This document shows, in pieces, positions 36,201 to 49,139 of a stretch of DNA of 64,000 nucleotides. Source of the stretch: an uncultured Acidobacteriota bacterium (GTDB taxonomy: Bacteria; Acidobacteriota; Vicinamibacteria; Vicinamibacterales; JAFNAJ01); assembly GCA_963697285.1 (NCBI GenBank), contig CAVONI010000001.1, positions 391,462 through 455,461 on the forward strand, in the 5' to 3' direction. Within the stretch, counting starts at the first letter, position 1; every line of letters begins with the position of its first letter. The translations under genes and the position numbers were made by a program. The notes under the pieces were generated by a model. The model was not told the origin of the DNA and made no database searches. It was given only the letters and a program-made list of their open reading frames with translations.

Positions 36201-39200
36201 GACAACTCGGGCGCTTACTCGTTCGACTACGTCCTCGGAGGCGTGACCACGAAGGTGATGGCCGTCCACCCGGAGACCGACGAGTTCCGCGCCGTCTCGT
36301 TCCAGGTGCAGCGTGAGGGGCAACGCATCAACGCGAACATCGTGCTGCTCGGTCGCGGCTCGGTTGAGGGGCGCACCGTGTCAGAGGACGGACAGCCCCT
36401 GCCAGGGACCTCGTTGCGCATCACGAGCCTCACCGACAACTCGCAGTACGGTGCGCGATCCGACGCGCAGGGGGCCTACCGCATCGAGCGCGTGCCAGTT
36501 GGTCCCGTGCTGATCGAGGCCGTGAACACGACCAGGCACGCGCAGGTGTCTGTGTCTGATGTCGTGCCCGCCTCTGGCGCGGTCGTGATCCGTGACGTGA
36601 CGCTGCTCGATGCGGCGCGCCCGCCAGGCCAGACACCGGTCACGACCGCGACGATGAACGGACTCGTCCTGCTGTCGGGGTCATCCGAGCCGGTCGTCGA
36701 CGCGCCCGCCTACGCCTACTACCAGGACAACTCGCAGCCAGGCGTCCGTTGCCCCGTTGGCTCGACCGGATCTCGTCCGCCCGAGTGTCCGATCGCCGCC
36801 GTGCGCACTGACACCGCGGGACGGTTCGAGTTCACCGACCTGCCGTCGGGCAGCTATCGGCTCGTGTCGTTCGACGCGAGCGCGCTCGCGCAGGGCCAGA
36901 TCGCGGTCACGGTCGCCGCCAACCAGTCCTTCACCGGCAACATCCTGCTCATCGGCGGCCTCGGGACCGTCACGGGCATCGTGATCGACCCATCGGGTGC
37001 CCCCGTGGCCGATGCGCGCGTCGGCGGCGGCCTGAGCATCACGACGACGGGCGCCGACGGACGCTTCACGCTGACCGACGTGCCGATCGGCACGCAGAGG
37101 ATCGTGGCAGTCAGCGACGCGTTCCAGTCGAAGGGTGAGACCGAGGTGTCGATCGTCCGCGCCGGCGACACGGCCGGCGCAACGATTGTCCTCGAGGCGT
37201 TCGGTGCGATCGCGGGAACGGTGGCGCTGCCCAATGGCCTGCCAGCGGGAGGCGTGCAGGTCTACGCCTTCTACAAGGAGCAGGGCAGCGCGATCATCGT
37301 CGGCCAGGCGGCGACGGACGACCTTGGGCACTACCGGATCGCGAACCTGCCGCTCAACTCGTACCAGGTCTCGGCGTTCACCGCCGGCTTCACACAGGGC
37401 AACATCGTGCCGGCGACGGTCGCCGCCTTCCGCCAGGTCGCGCGCGCCGACATCCGCATGCGCGGGATGGGTCGCGTGACCGGCACCGTCCTCGACGCGA
37501 ACGGCACCACGCCGCTCAAGGCGATGGTGGGGATATCGGGCGACCAGGTGCAGATCGCCGGCGGTCGCGTCGGTGTCGGGTTCGTGCGCGTCGACAACTT
37601 TGCGATCGCCGAGACGAGCCTCGCCACGGGCGCCTTCTCGTTCGGCGGCGTCTTCGAGGGCACGTTCGTCCTCCGGGCGGTGGGGCAGTTCAGCCCTGAC
37701 CCCGTGGCGTTCGAGGGCACCCTGCCAGGTGCAGGGCAGACCGTGAACGTGAACCTGCGCCTGCAGGCGACCAGCGTCATCACGGGGGTGATCGTCGAAC
37801 CGAACGGCGTCGTGCCGGTCGGCGCCGACGTGATCGTGCGCTACAAGTCGGCGTCGTACAAGACCATCTGCGCCACCGGCGACAGCGGCGAGGAGAGCTG
37901 CACGTCGATCCCCCAGGGCATCCAGTCGGAGGTCGTCACCACCGACGCCAACGGTCGTTTCGTCGTGCCGCTCGTGAACGCCGGCCCCTTCACGCTCGAC
38001 GTCGAGGAGCCCGCCGGCCTCGGCCGGACGACGCTCTTCCGCGGGTCGGTGAAGCCGGGCGAGACCGGCGACTTCACCGTGCGCCTCCGGGCACGTGCGC
38101 CGATGGTCGTGAAGGTGTTCGAGGCCGACCCCGACATCAACGGCAACCCGATCCCCGTGCCCGGTGCGCGCGTCGACCTGACCAGCGTCGACCCGCGCCG
38201 TTCGATCTCGCGCATCGCCGGGACGGTCGGAGCCGAGGCCGGCGTGCTGCGCGTCGCGGGTGGCGACGCGTTCTCGGAAGGCGAAGTGGTCGTCGTCGCG
38301 ACCGACCTGCGAAACGGTTTCGTGGGCCGCGCCTCGGGGCGCATCACCGAGACGGGTGACGAGGTCGCCGTCACCGTCTTCATCGCCAACCAGACGGGCA
38401 CCGTGGCGGGCACCGTGTTCGGGCCCGACACCATCACGCCCGTTCCGAACGCCGAAGTCGTCATCTCGCGCGGCGGCTTGCCGATTGCCTTTGCCGTCAC
38501 CGGCGCCAACGGCGCGTTCAGCGAGTCGTTCGTGCCGCTGGGCGACTTCTCGGTCGAAGCGTTCGACGCAGCAACCGCCGCGCGCGGGTCGACCACGGGC
38601 CGCATCGACCTCTCGGGCCAGACGGCCTCGGCCAGCCTGTCGCTGTCGGCATTCGCGCTCGTGCGCGGACGCGTGTTCGAAACCGGCTCGCTGATTCCGC
38701 TGAAGGGCTGGCAGGTGTCGCTGTCACAGCAACTGCCTTCGGGGCGTCCGGTGCCGATGCTGACGACCACCACCGGCGTCGACGGGAGTTACTCGTTCCC
38801 CGGCGCAACGCTCGGCGCGTTCACCGTGCGCGCGTCGCGCCAGGGCATCAACGGCAGCGGACACGCCTCGTCGGTCGTCGATCGTCCCGGACAACTGGTC
38901 GACGTGCCCGTCGTCGTCTCGATCATCCAGCCGGCCAGTGCCACCCTGAGCGGGCTGGTCGTGGGTGCCGACGGCACCGCGGTCTCGAGTGCCGAGGTGA
39001 TCGTGAACGGCCCGGCCGGCCGGCGCGAGCTGTCGGCAGGGGTCGATGGCACGTTCACCCTGTCAGACGTGCCGCTGGGACGGTACGCGGTGTTCGCGAA
39101 GTCGCAGGATGCCAACGACGGCGGCACCGCGTCGGCCGACCTCCTCTTCAACCAGCAGACCGCCGAGGTCGTCGTCGTGTTGCAGGGGCTGAGCCGCGTC

Positions 39201-42200
39201 ACCGGCACGGTGCTGCAGAACGGTGTGCCAGCGCGCGACATCACCGTCAGTCTCGACGCGCAGCCAGCCAGCGGCTGTCGCGGCACCTGCCAGACGGCAA
39301 CGGATCAGAACGGTCGCTTCGCGTTCGAGAACCTCGCCGCCAAGCGGTTCACCGTGACCGCGATCGTCCCGAACTCGAACCTGAAGGGCTCGGCGTCCGA
39401 CGAGATCACCCCGGGTGACACGCGCGACGTGACGGTCGTCATCGAGCCGGCGGCGAGCCTCACCGGCCTCGTCACGCGCCAGGGCGGGACGCCGGCGCCA
39501 CAGATCCTCGTGGAGTTGAACGGCAATGGCCGCCGACTTTTCATCGAGACCGGTGCCGACGGACGATTCACGTTCCCGGCGCTGCCGGTCGCTGGCAGCC
39601 GCACCTACGCGCTCACCTTCACGGATCCGATCGGGCCCGGCATTGCCCGTCGGACGATCGAACTCGTCGGCGACACCGAGATCGACGTGACGGTGCTCGA
39701 CGAGGCCGCGCCGGCCGTGGGCCTGACGTCGCCGACCAACGGCGCCGTCGGCGCATCGCGCACCTCGCCAATCACCATCGAGTTCACCGAAGCGATCGAC
39801 CTCGCGACGATCACGGCCGACAACGTGCAGGTGATCGATCCGGGGGGCAGCGCGGTCGCTGCGACCCGCTCGCCGTCGAACGGCAATCGCACCATCACCG
39901 TGACGCCGCTGTCGTTGCCGCTCGTCGATCAATCGCGGTTCACGATTCGCGTGGCGAACGTCAAGGACGTGATCGGGAAGGTCATGGCGGCGCCCTACGT
40001 CGGCACCTTCACGACCGAAGACATCTCGGCGCCGCTGATCAGCGAGATCACCCCCGGACCGGGCACGAGCGGTGCGGCACTGTCGGCCCCGGTACGCGTG
40101 AAATACAACGAGCCGATCGACCCCGGACGTTTCGCGGGCGCGCCAGTCACCATGACGGCGGCCGGTTCGCCTGTCGCTGGACGCACTGACGTCATCCTCG
40201 GCAACACGGTGGTCGTGTTCACGCCCAACCTGCCGCTCGTCGAGGACACCGTCTACCAGGTCAGCGTGCAGGCCGCAACCGATCCGGCGGGCAACACACA
40301 GCCGCAGCCGACGACCTACAGCTTCTCGACGACCGACCGCACGCCGCCGGTGATCACGTCGCTCCTGCCGGCGGGTGACGCGACCGTGATCGAGAACACG
40401 ATCACCAGCGTCACCGCTGCCGCGGGAAGCGCCGATGTCGCGGTCGTGGACTTCTTCATCAACGATCAGCCCGCGTTCGCCGCGCGGGCCGTGCCGTTCA
40501 CGCTCAGCTTCAAGGCGTTGCCCGCGTACGGCCAGCCCGGCAGCCAGATCAAGATCACGGCGGCCGCCACCGACACGTCGGGCAACCGCGGTCCGTTCGC
40601 GACCGCATTCGTCGGCGTGAAGCCCGACCAGGTCCCGACGGTGTCGATCACCGCGCCCGCAGCCAACGCGACGTTCCGCAACGGCGATGTCGTCAGCGTC
40701 TCGGTGCAGGGCACAGACGACGTGGGCATCTCGCAGGTGGCGTACCGCGCCGCAACCGGCGATCCGCGGCATGCCGCGACGCGCACCATCACACCTGCGG
40801 CCGGCACTCGCACGGAGACGTTCTCGTTCGAGGTGCCCGCCAACGCCGCACCGGGCGCGCCGCTGCGCATCGACGCGACGGTCGTCGACACGAAGGGACA
40901 GGTCGTCGAGGCGTCGCCGGTCACGGTCGCCGTGCTGGATGGCGTCGGGCCGACGGTGTCGATCACCGGCGTCAGTTCCGGCCTGCGCGTGCGGCCCGGC
41001 AGCACCGTCTCGGTGGTGGTCGTCGCCGAGGACGCGGGGCTCGTCTCGCGCATCGACTTCAGCGTCGGCGGTGTCACGGTCAAGAGCGAGCGCCGCGACC
41101 TCGTCCCGCCCCAGGCGTCGGCCGCAACGACGTTCTCGTTCGTCGTGCCGCCCACCGCCGCACCGACCGACCGCGCGTTCCTCAACGCCACGGCGTATGA
41201 CGTCGCGGGCAACCAGGCCGCCGCGGCGCAAGTCGTCCTGCCGGTCAGCGACGCGGTGCCGCCGCAGATCACGTCGTTCACGACGGGCAACGGGCGCCTC
41301 GACATGGTGCCCGGCCAGCCCGCGTCGCTGACGGTGACGGCCAGCGACGAGATCGGCGTTGCCCGCGTGGTGGTCAGTGGCACAGGTGCCTTCACGTTCA
41401 ACGACAGCAAGTCGACCACGCCGCTCGGCGAGGTGTCGACGACGTTCACCTTCACCGTCCCGGCGACGATCGTGGCCGGGCAGACCGCCACGTTCACGGC
41501 ACGTGCGATCGACATCTCGGGCAACCAGAGCGTTCCGGCCACCATCACCCTGACGGCACGCCTCGTGGGTGACGTGACGCTGCCCTCGTCTGAGATCGTG
41601 ATTGCGGGAGAGTCGACGGACGTGACCCTGGAACTGGCGGCGCCCGCCGGGGCGGGGGGACAGGTCGTCGATCTCGCGAGCACCGACGCCAACATCGCCA
41701 GCGTGCCGGCGTTCGTCGTCGTGCCGCAGGGCCAGGCCTCGACCACCTTCGCGCTCGCAGGCGTGTCGGGCGGAAGTGCGACCATCCGCGCGTCGATCGA
41801 CAGCATCGAGCGAGCGTCCATGGTGGCGACCGTCCGCGGCGGCGTCGTGCGCGGGCGCGTCGTGAGTCCTTCGTTCCAGCCGGTGTCTGGCGCCGACGTG
41901 ACCATCACGGGCGGCAACCAGCCGAGGGTGACGCAGACCGATGTCAACGGCGAGTTCTTCGTCGAGGGCGTGCCGGGGCCGTCGGTCCAGGTGCGTGCAT
42001 TCGACCCGGTGTCGCGCCTCGTCGGGTATGCGTCGGCATCGATGAACCGGGCAAACGGTCACGTCCACTTCGCCGACATCGTCCTGGTCAACGCCGGCGC
42101 GTTCAGCGGCACCGTCGTGACGGCACAGGGCCAGGCCGTGGGGGCTGGCGTGCAGGTGGATCTCTTCACCAGCAATGCGGGCAGCCGCGGGACGCTGCAG

Positions 42201-45200
42201 GCGAGCACGTTCACGGCTGCTGACGGGACGTTTGCGTTCCAGCTCGTGTCGGTGGGCAGCTACTGGATCGAGGCGGGTGACACCGACGGCAATCGCGGCC
42301 GCACGGTCGCGTCGATTCCCGCATCGGGCGATGACGTGCCGGTGACCGTGACGTTCCTCGGCCGCGCGACCGTCAGCGGCGTGGTGAGCAGTGCCGCCGG
42401 CCAACCCGTGAACGGCGCCCAGGTCACGCTGCGGGCATCGTCGATCTTCGGCGCAGCGCCGGCGCGCTCGGTGACCACGATCGCGGGTGGCGCATTCAGC
42501 TTCGACCGCGTGTTCGTCGGTGCGTTCACGGTGGAGGCCGTCGATCCCGTCACGCAGACGTCGGGCCAGGCCACTGGGAACGTTGCGACGGATGGGGTCG
42601 GCGTGTCTGCACCCATTCAGCTGTCGTCGTTTGGCACCATCACCGGCACCGTCTACCGCTACGGCGGGACCGAACCCGTGGGCGCCGGGGTGTCGGTCAC
42701 GCTGTCGTTCCCGTCGCGGACGACGCAGACCGACGCACAGGGGCGCTTCACCTTCACGTTCGTGCCGCTGGGAACCTATTCACTCACGGCACGCGAAGCG
42801 ACGACGCGTGGCCAGGGCACGGCGATGGCGACGCTGTCGCAGAATCTGCAGACCGTTGACCAGGCGATCACATTCGTCGGCCAGGCCACAGTCATCGTCA
42901 CGGTCACCAACGCCAACGGCGTGCCAATCGAGGGCGCATCGGCGACCGCGCGATCGATCAACGAGTTCTCCCAGTCGGAAGACGAACTCACCGGCACGAC
43001 CGACGTCAGTGGCCGGGCGGTGATCGAGCGGTTACGCGTGTCGCGCAACCTGATCGTGTTCGCGTCGGCCAATGGACTCAGCGGCCAGTCGGCGGCGCTG
43101 GCGGGCCTGCTGCCCGGCGAGACGCGCAACGTGACGGTCGCCCTGCAGCCCACGGCGACCATCACGGGCACGATCTACCGTCCAAACGGGCAGACGCCGG
43201 CGAGCGACGGCACGGTGACCCTGAATCCCGGGTCGTTCAACGCGCAGCACATCACGATCACGTCTCAGGACAACGGCGTGTTCAGGTTCGAGGGCCTGCC
43301 GCTGTCGTCGTACAGCTTGCGCTACACCGACGCGAACGGGCGCATCAGGGCCGTCGCGTTCAACGTGCAACTCTCGCAGAACAACGAGGTCGTCACCCGC
43401 GACATGACGATGATCGGGCTCGGCACGGTCACTGGTCGCGTGTCGAACCCCGACAACTCGTCGGCCGCAGGATTGTCGGTCACGGTGTCGAGCAACGCGC
43501 CCAACCTCGGTGGGTCGTGGTCGGCAACGACGAACGCGTCGGGCGTCTACACCGTGGGCAACGTGCCAGTCGGCGCCATCGTGGCGACCACGGGCAACCC
43601 CGCCCTCAACCTGCTGGGCGAAGCGACGGGGACGCTGTCGACGGACGGCCAGTCGCTGACACTCGACATCGTGCTGCAGACGAGCGCGGTGAACCTGCCG
43701 CTGTCGACGCCGCTGCGTGACGCCTTCGGCACCAACTACTTCGTGCAGCGCGATGGCGGCTTCACGGGCCCTGCAGGTCTCGCCACGAGCCTGCCCAGGC
43801 TGTCGATCGTCGTGAACGGCGCCGAGACGGCGTTCACCGGTACGACCATCGGCCAGTACGAGGATGCCCGGCGCGAGATCGCGGTCCGCCAGGACAACGT
43901 GGCGGGTGCGAACGTCACGCGCAAGGTGTACGTGCCGGCAGCCGGCTACTTCGCGCGTGTGATCGACGTCGTCAGCAACCCGACGGTCGATCCGATCACG
44001 CTCGACCTGAAGCTGACCGCGAACCCGCGCGGCGCATCGAGCGCCCTCCAGACGCCGTTCACGTCGTCGGGCGACAGCGCCGTGGACGTCGGCGACGCCT
44101 GGATCGTGGCAGACGACAGCAACGCCGAGGATCCGCAGCACACGCCGTCGCAGTCGAACAACCCGCCCGTGGCGTTCGTGTCGGGCGGCCAGGGCGCGCG
44201 CGACGTGATGGACGCCGTGACGTGGGTGTCGAACACGAGCGGCACGACCTACACGCGCACCTTCCAGTCGGTGACGATCCCTGCCGGCGGACGCGTGGCC
44301 GTGATGCACTTCGTCGTGCCGCATTACAACCGGCCTGGTGCGCTGGCGTCAGCCGAACGGCTCGCGCAACTGCCGCCAGAGACGCCTCGCGGCGCTGACG
44401 TCGTCGGAGGCCGCCGATGTCGTCAACTTCCAGATCCCCGCCGACTTGGCGAGTGCCGTCGCGGCGTTGCCGGCGATCACCGGCCGCGTGACGGGCACCG
44501 CGTTTGAAGGCGACGCGACGACGGTGGTGCCGAGCGCGAAGCTGACGCTGCGTTCGGGCGTCGAGCCGTTCGCGCGTGACATCGTCGTCACCGCCGGCGC
44601 GACCGGGACATTCGACGTCCAGTCGTCGTCCACGCGGCCCATGCCGCTGGCGCCGATGTCGATCGTCGGCGTCCACCCGGAGGGTGGCGCGATCGCCCCG
44701 ACCGTCAACGCCGCGTTGTCGGTGGATCAGCCCGTCGTGAACGTCAACGTGCCGTTCACGGGGACCACGATCATCGATGTCGCGGTCACGCGCGGGATCG
44801 ACGGGTCGGTCGTGCCGAGCGGTCAGCTGACGGGGGCATCGGTGCAGGCGTCGACGTCTGTCAACGGCTACTTCCGCTCGAAGACCCTCAACGCGCAGGG
44901 GCGCGTCAGGTTCACGGGGGTGCCGCTCAACGCCGACGGCTCCGTCTCGTTCCAGATCACCGCGTCGCACCAGCAGGGATCCCCGCTGTCGAGCTTGCCT
45001 CGTTCACCGCATCGCCCAATACGGTCAACCAGGCGAACCTGTCGACGACGGGCGGCGTGGTGACTGGCGTCGTGACGCTCGGGTCGGGCCTTCCAGCGGC
45101 GGGGCTGCAGGTGCGAATTGCCGACTCGCCGAACTTCGCATCCTTCCAGCGGACGACGCTGACTGACGCGACCGGGCGCTTCACGACGACCGACGTGCCA

Positions 45201-48200
45201 GCGGGTTCGTACTACGCAATCGTGACGCACCCGACCAATGGATTCCGGCTGACGCCGTCCGTGTTCGTTCCCCAGAACACCGTATCGACCGTGAACCCGA
45301 CGTTCCCGACGCTCGGGTCCATCGCCATCACGGTGCGCCGGGCCACCGGCGGAGTCATGGGCGGCGATGCCACCCTGCGGCAAGGCAGTACGACCATCCG
45401 CAGTCGTACCACCATCCCGGCGACGGGAGCCACGGCGGGGAGCCTGTCGTTCACGAACATCGCGGCCGGTACCTACACGCTGGACGTGCGCCCTGGCGGC
45501 GCCGACATCCTGGCCGTCTCGCGGACCGTGACCGTCGCCACCGATGGAGAGGTCGTGCCCAACGCCATCGTCGCGGCGCCGTTCGGCCGTGTCGTCGGCA
45601 CCGTCAAGCGTCCGGATGGGACGGTTCCCAACAACGTGTCGAACCTGTTCAACATCAGGGCCGGCGACAACTACGTCGCGTTCGACAGGGCCGTCGACAG
45701 CGCCGGCAACTACACGCAGGACTTCGTCCCGACGGGCGTGCCGGTGCGAATCGACGTGCGCTATCCCTCGGGATTCTGCTGCACCGAGCGCAAGACGACC
45801 GAGGGCGGGCCGATCGTCAACGACGGCGACGAAATCCGGATCGACGCGCTCACTCCGGCCCGCGCCACCATCGCGTTGACGGTCGTCTCGGGGAGCGGTG
45901 CCGGACAGGTCGTCGGCGTGGCGATCGAGCACGGCCTCAACGGCTACTTCGAATACAGGGGCAACACCAACAGCGACGGCCAGTTGACGTTGCCGACCAT
46001 CGGCGAGGGGCCGTATCGCATCCGACTGACCGATCCGGCCACCTCGCTCACGCTCGACGTGATTACCGGGACAATCGCGCCGGCCGACGACGGGACCACC
46101 GTGGCCCGCACCGTGACGTTAGGGCGAATCGCAGGGACGATCACCGGCCGCGTCGTCTCGCAGGATGGCATGACGATGACCACCGGCGGTGCGTTCGTGC
46201 GTCTCGTCGCTGCCGATGGGACAGACGTGGCCACGGGTGTGCCCACCGACGCCTCTGGCCGGTTCACGTTCGCGAACGTCAGCGTCTCGATCAACGGCGT
46301 GACCCTGCGGGCCGAGTGGAACCCGCAAGGCGCGACTGGCGGCCCCATCGGCACCGAGCGCTCCGTCGTGATCACGATGGCCGGTGAGACCAGGGACACG
46401 GGCGACATCGTCCTGCCCGTGAGCACGGTCACCATCACAGGTCGCGTGGCGACCAGCGTCGGCGACGTCGGCGTTCCCTCGATGTCGATGGACCTGTCGT
46501 TCCAGGCGCCGCAAGTGTCGCAGGCACTGGTGAGCACCGTGACCGGCGTCGATGGCACGTACACCATCGGCCCGCGCCTGCTCCCGACCTCGAACCTCGT
46601 GCTGAGCGCCTCGGGCTGGGACGCCGGCATCGAGTTCTCTGAGAGCAAGGCGGTGGTCGTTGTCGCCGGCGCGGCGACAGTCGACTTCACCATCCCCGGC
46701 CGCTACCTCTCGGTGACAGGCCAACTCGTGGCGTCGGCTGACAACTCGGTGCGGATCCCGAGGGCGTCGGTCACGTTCTACGACGGCAACGGCAGCTATC
46801 TCGGCGCGCAGGACGTGTCTGACGGCACGTTCTCGAGAGCGTTCCTCGTGCCCCCGGACTCGACCGCCGTCGAGGTGCGCGCCTACGGCGACACCGAGTA
46901 CGGGCACTCGCTCAACTTCAGCGTGGATCAGACCTTCACGTTCGGCGTGACCGACACGACCGTCGACGCCACCCTGGTCGTGCCGGCGTCGGTCGTGCGC
47001 GGGCTGGTGACGTACAACGGTGCGACACCGGTGCCGTGGCCGAACGTGTCAATCGAGTACACAGGGCCGGGCGGCGCGACCGAAACGGCGTTCGGTGTCG
47101 GCACCGACGACGGTCACTACTCGGTCGTCGGCGTGCCGGTCGGCCAGTTCTCGATCACGGCGTCTGACGATGGCGGACTCAGCATCACGGTCAATGACTC
47201 GACCACGGTGATGCCGACGACCGAGGGCCTCGTTGCCCTCGACATCACGCTGCCGGTCACCAACACCGTCGTGGTGTACGTGCGGCGCGACGACTTCGGT
47301 GTCGCGGACGCACTCGTCCGCGTCGTGTCGAACGCTGCCGGCCAGGTGGTGCGCGACAACTACACTGGCCCCGACGGGGCGGTCGCGCTCGATGGCGTGC
47401 CGGTGGGCCCCGCGACCTTGCACGTGGAGTACGCGGACAGCGAGACGTTCAAGGTCACGCGCGCCATCTCGGTTCCCGCCCCGTCCGGCGGGCAGCACGA
47501 GGAGTTCGTCGACCTCTCAGACACGTCGGGCCTCAACGTCCGCGTGTTCGTGAACGGCCTCGTCGCCGGGTCCCCGGAGCGCATGAACGCGAAGGTGTCG
47601 CTCGCAATCAACGGCGTCGTCCGCGAGGCCGACACGCACGACGACGAAGACGGCACGCCAGGGGTCGTCGACTTCTTCAATGTGCCCAACGGGCCCTACG
47701 TGGTCTGGGCCGACAACGGAAGCCTCGAGCAGGTTGGTGAAGAGGTCTCGCGTTGGAACGACGGCAACGGCACCGATGTCGTCGCCGTGCAGATGAGCAG
47801 CGTGTCGGAGTTGTGGGAGCGGTTCACGAGCGATGGGTTCCGCTACGCGATCACCGTGGACGGCAGCGTCTTTCGCGGGGGCAGCAACAGCCTCGTGGAT
47901 CCCTTCTCGTACAACCTGGCCGGGCAGTTCCAGGTGGGCAACTACTCGGTGTGCTGCAACCTCGGCGCGCGCGACGAGCAGTGGATGACCGGATGGCCGC
48001 TGGATGGCCTGCACCGCGTCTACGGGCCGGTGCACCAGGCTGGCGTGACGCTGCGCCGCAAGGTCTGGCTGAGCGAGTACAACGGCCAGGGGTTCGTGCG
48101 GTACTTCGACACCCTGACCAACAACACGATGGCGCCGCAGACGTACCACGTGCGGATCGGGTCGGACTTCCAGCCCATGGTGAACGGCGTCGCGAGCACG

Positions 48201-48524
48201 TCGCCCAACGGTCCCGAGTGGGTGGTGAGACGGAATGACATCTCGGCGAGCTACCCGGCGTGGGCCGAGGTCTTCGGGTCGGTCCTCGCACCTGCATTCT
48301 CGACGGTTGTCTCGGAGACAGACCGCAGCCGCTACAGTGATTACGCGGTGGTTCTGCAGCCAGGTGAGACCAGGGCGTTCCTGCGCGTGCTGTTCCAGCG
48401 GTCGGGCGTCCTCGACCAGTTCGGGCTCGCCGAGACCGAGGCTGGTCTGTGGACGTCGCTGGGTGCCCGTATGCTCGAGGGATTGACCCCGGCCGAGCGC
48501 GCCCTGATCGTGAACTTTCCATGA
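33246..48524 (+). CDS. Giant secreted protein A2 (~5,092 aa reconstructed), paralog of A1; two mutually compensating apparent frameshifts
   Basis: Joins ORFs 33246-44507, 44338-45063 and 45057-48524. An extra C at ~44385 (removal gives LPPETLAALTSSEAADVVNF, cf. A1 LPPEALDGLSSTELAAIVNF) and a missing base at ~44995 (then ASFTASPNTVNQANLSTTGG). Signal peptide ...AATAHA|QQAP. RFLAKEDIRLYGIGL matches A1 RFLGKEDIRLYGLGL. GTG start overlaps the B2 stop, with GGAGG upstream. Confidence 0.87.
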
Positions 48525-48586
48525 AGGACCGTGAGGGTGCGCGTGAAAGCGGGAATCGTGACAACCACAACAGGGAGGTGGACGCG

Positions 48587-49120
48587 ATGAGGCACGTGAT
48601 CGGCCGCATCCGCCTGCAGGCATTCGCGCTTCTGGCGATCACGGTGGCAGGCGCGGCCGCCGGGCGCGTGGGCGCCATGGAACCGCGTGCGCTTGCGCCC
48701 TTCCAGGTGCAGGCGCCGGATGGCAGCCCCGTGGGGAGCGGGCAGGTCGCGATCGCCGGCCGGCAGGTCTTGATCTACCTCGACGCGAACTGCGAGTCGT
48801 GCGCGCTGGTGTTCACGGCGCTCGACGGCCTCGATCCCGACGAGGTCGGCGCGTTGACCGTCATCGTGCGCGGAGACCAGGCGTCGGCGTCGAGCCTCAT
48901 GGCGAAGGCACCGCCATCGCTTGCTGGCGTCCGCTGGTTCACCGATGGCGCGGGCTCGGCGTACACGGCGATGAAGCTGCAGTCATCGCCGACGGTGCTT
49001 GGGTTGTGGTCGGGCCGGATCCACTGGGCCAGGACCGGACCGTTGAACGACGCCGGCAACCTGCAATCGGCTGTGCGTTCCTGGTTGGGGCCGTCGGCGC
49101 CTGCGCGTCAGCCGCAGTGA
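48587..49120 (+). CDS. Exported TlpA/redoxin-like thioredoxin-fold protein with CxxC (CESC)
   Basis: GGAGG RBS at 48574-48578, signal-like N-terminus, VLIYLDANCESC, RWFTD, SSPTVLG and GPLNDAGNL. Homologous to 18644-19147. An alternative start ATG 48521 overlaps the A2 stop. Confidence 0.8.
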   Translation: MRHVIGRIRLQAFALLAITVAGAAAGRVGAMEPRALAPFQVQAPDGSPVGSGQVAIAGRQVLIYLDANCESCALVFTALDGLDPDEVGALTVIVRGDQASASSLMAKAPPSLAGVRWFTDGAGSAYTAMKLQSSPTVLGLWSGRIHWARTGPLNDAGNLQSAVRSWLGPSAPARQPQ

Positions 49121-49139
49121 TCGTGCCCCGGAGACGACG

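Noticed and set aside
5705-42404. Very long antisense ORFs (e.g. 5705-9400, 29176-33312, 39063-42404)
   Set aside because: Shadow ORFs produced by high GC and codon bias of the sense genes; Arg/His-rich with no recognisable motifs.
3347-48524. Giant proteins as RHS/CDI polymorphic toxins, or as contractile/phage tail parts
   Set aside because: No YD repeats, RHS core motif, haemagglutinin repeats, TpsB partner, immunity-like genes or recognisable tail/baseplate genes.
14600-48524. Diversity-generating retroelement acting on the variable tails
   Set aside because: No reverse transcriptase and no template/variable repeat pair differing at adenines was seen in this window.
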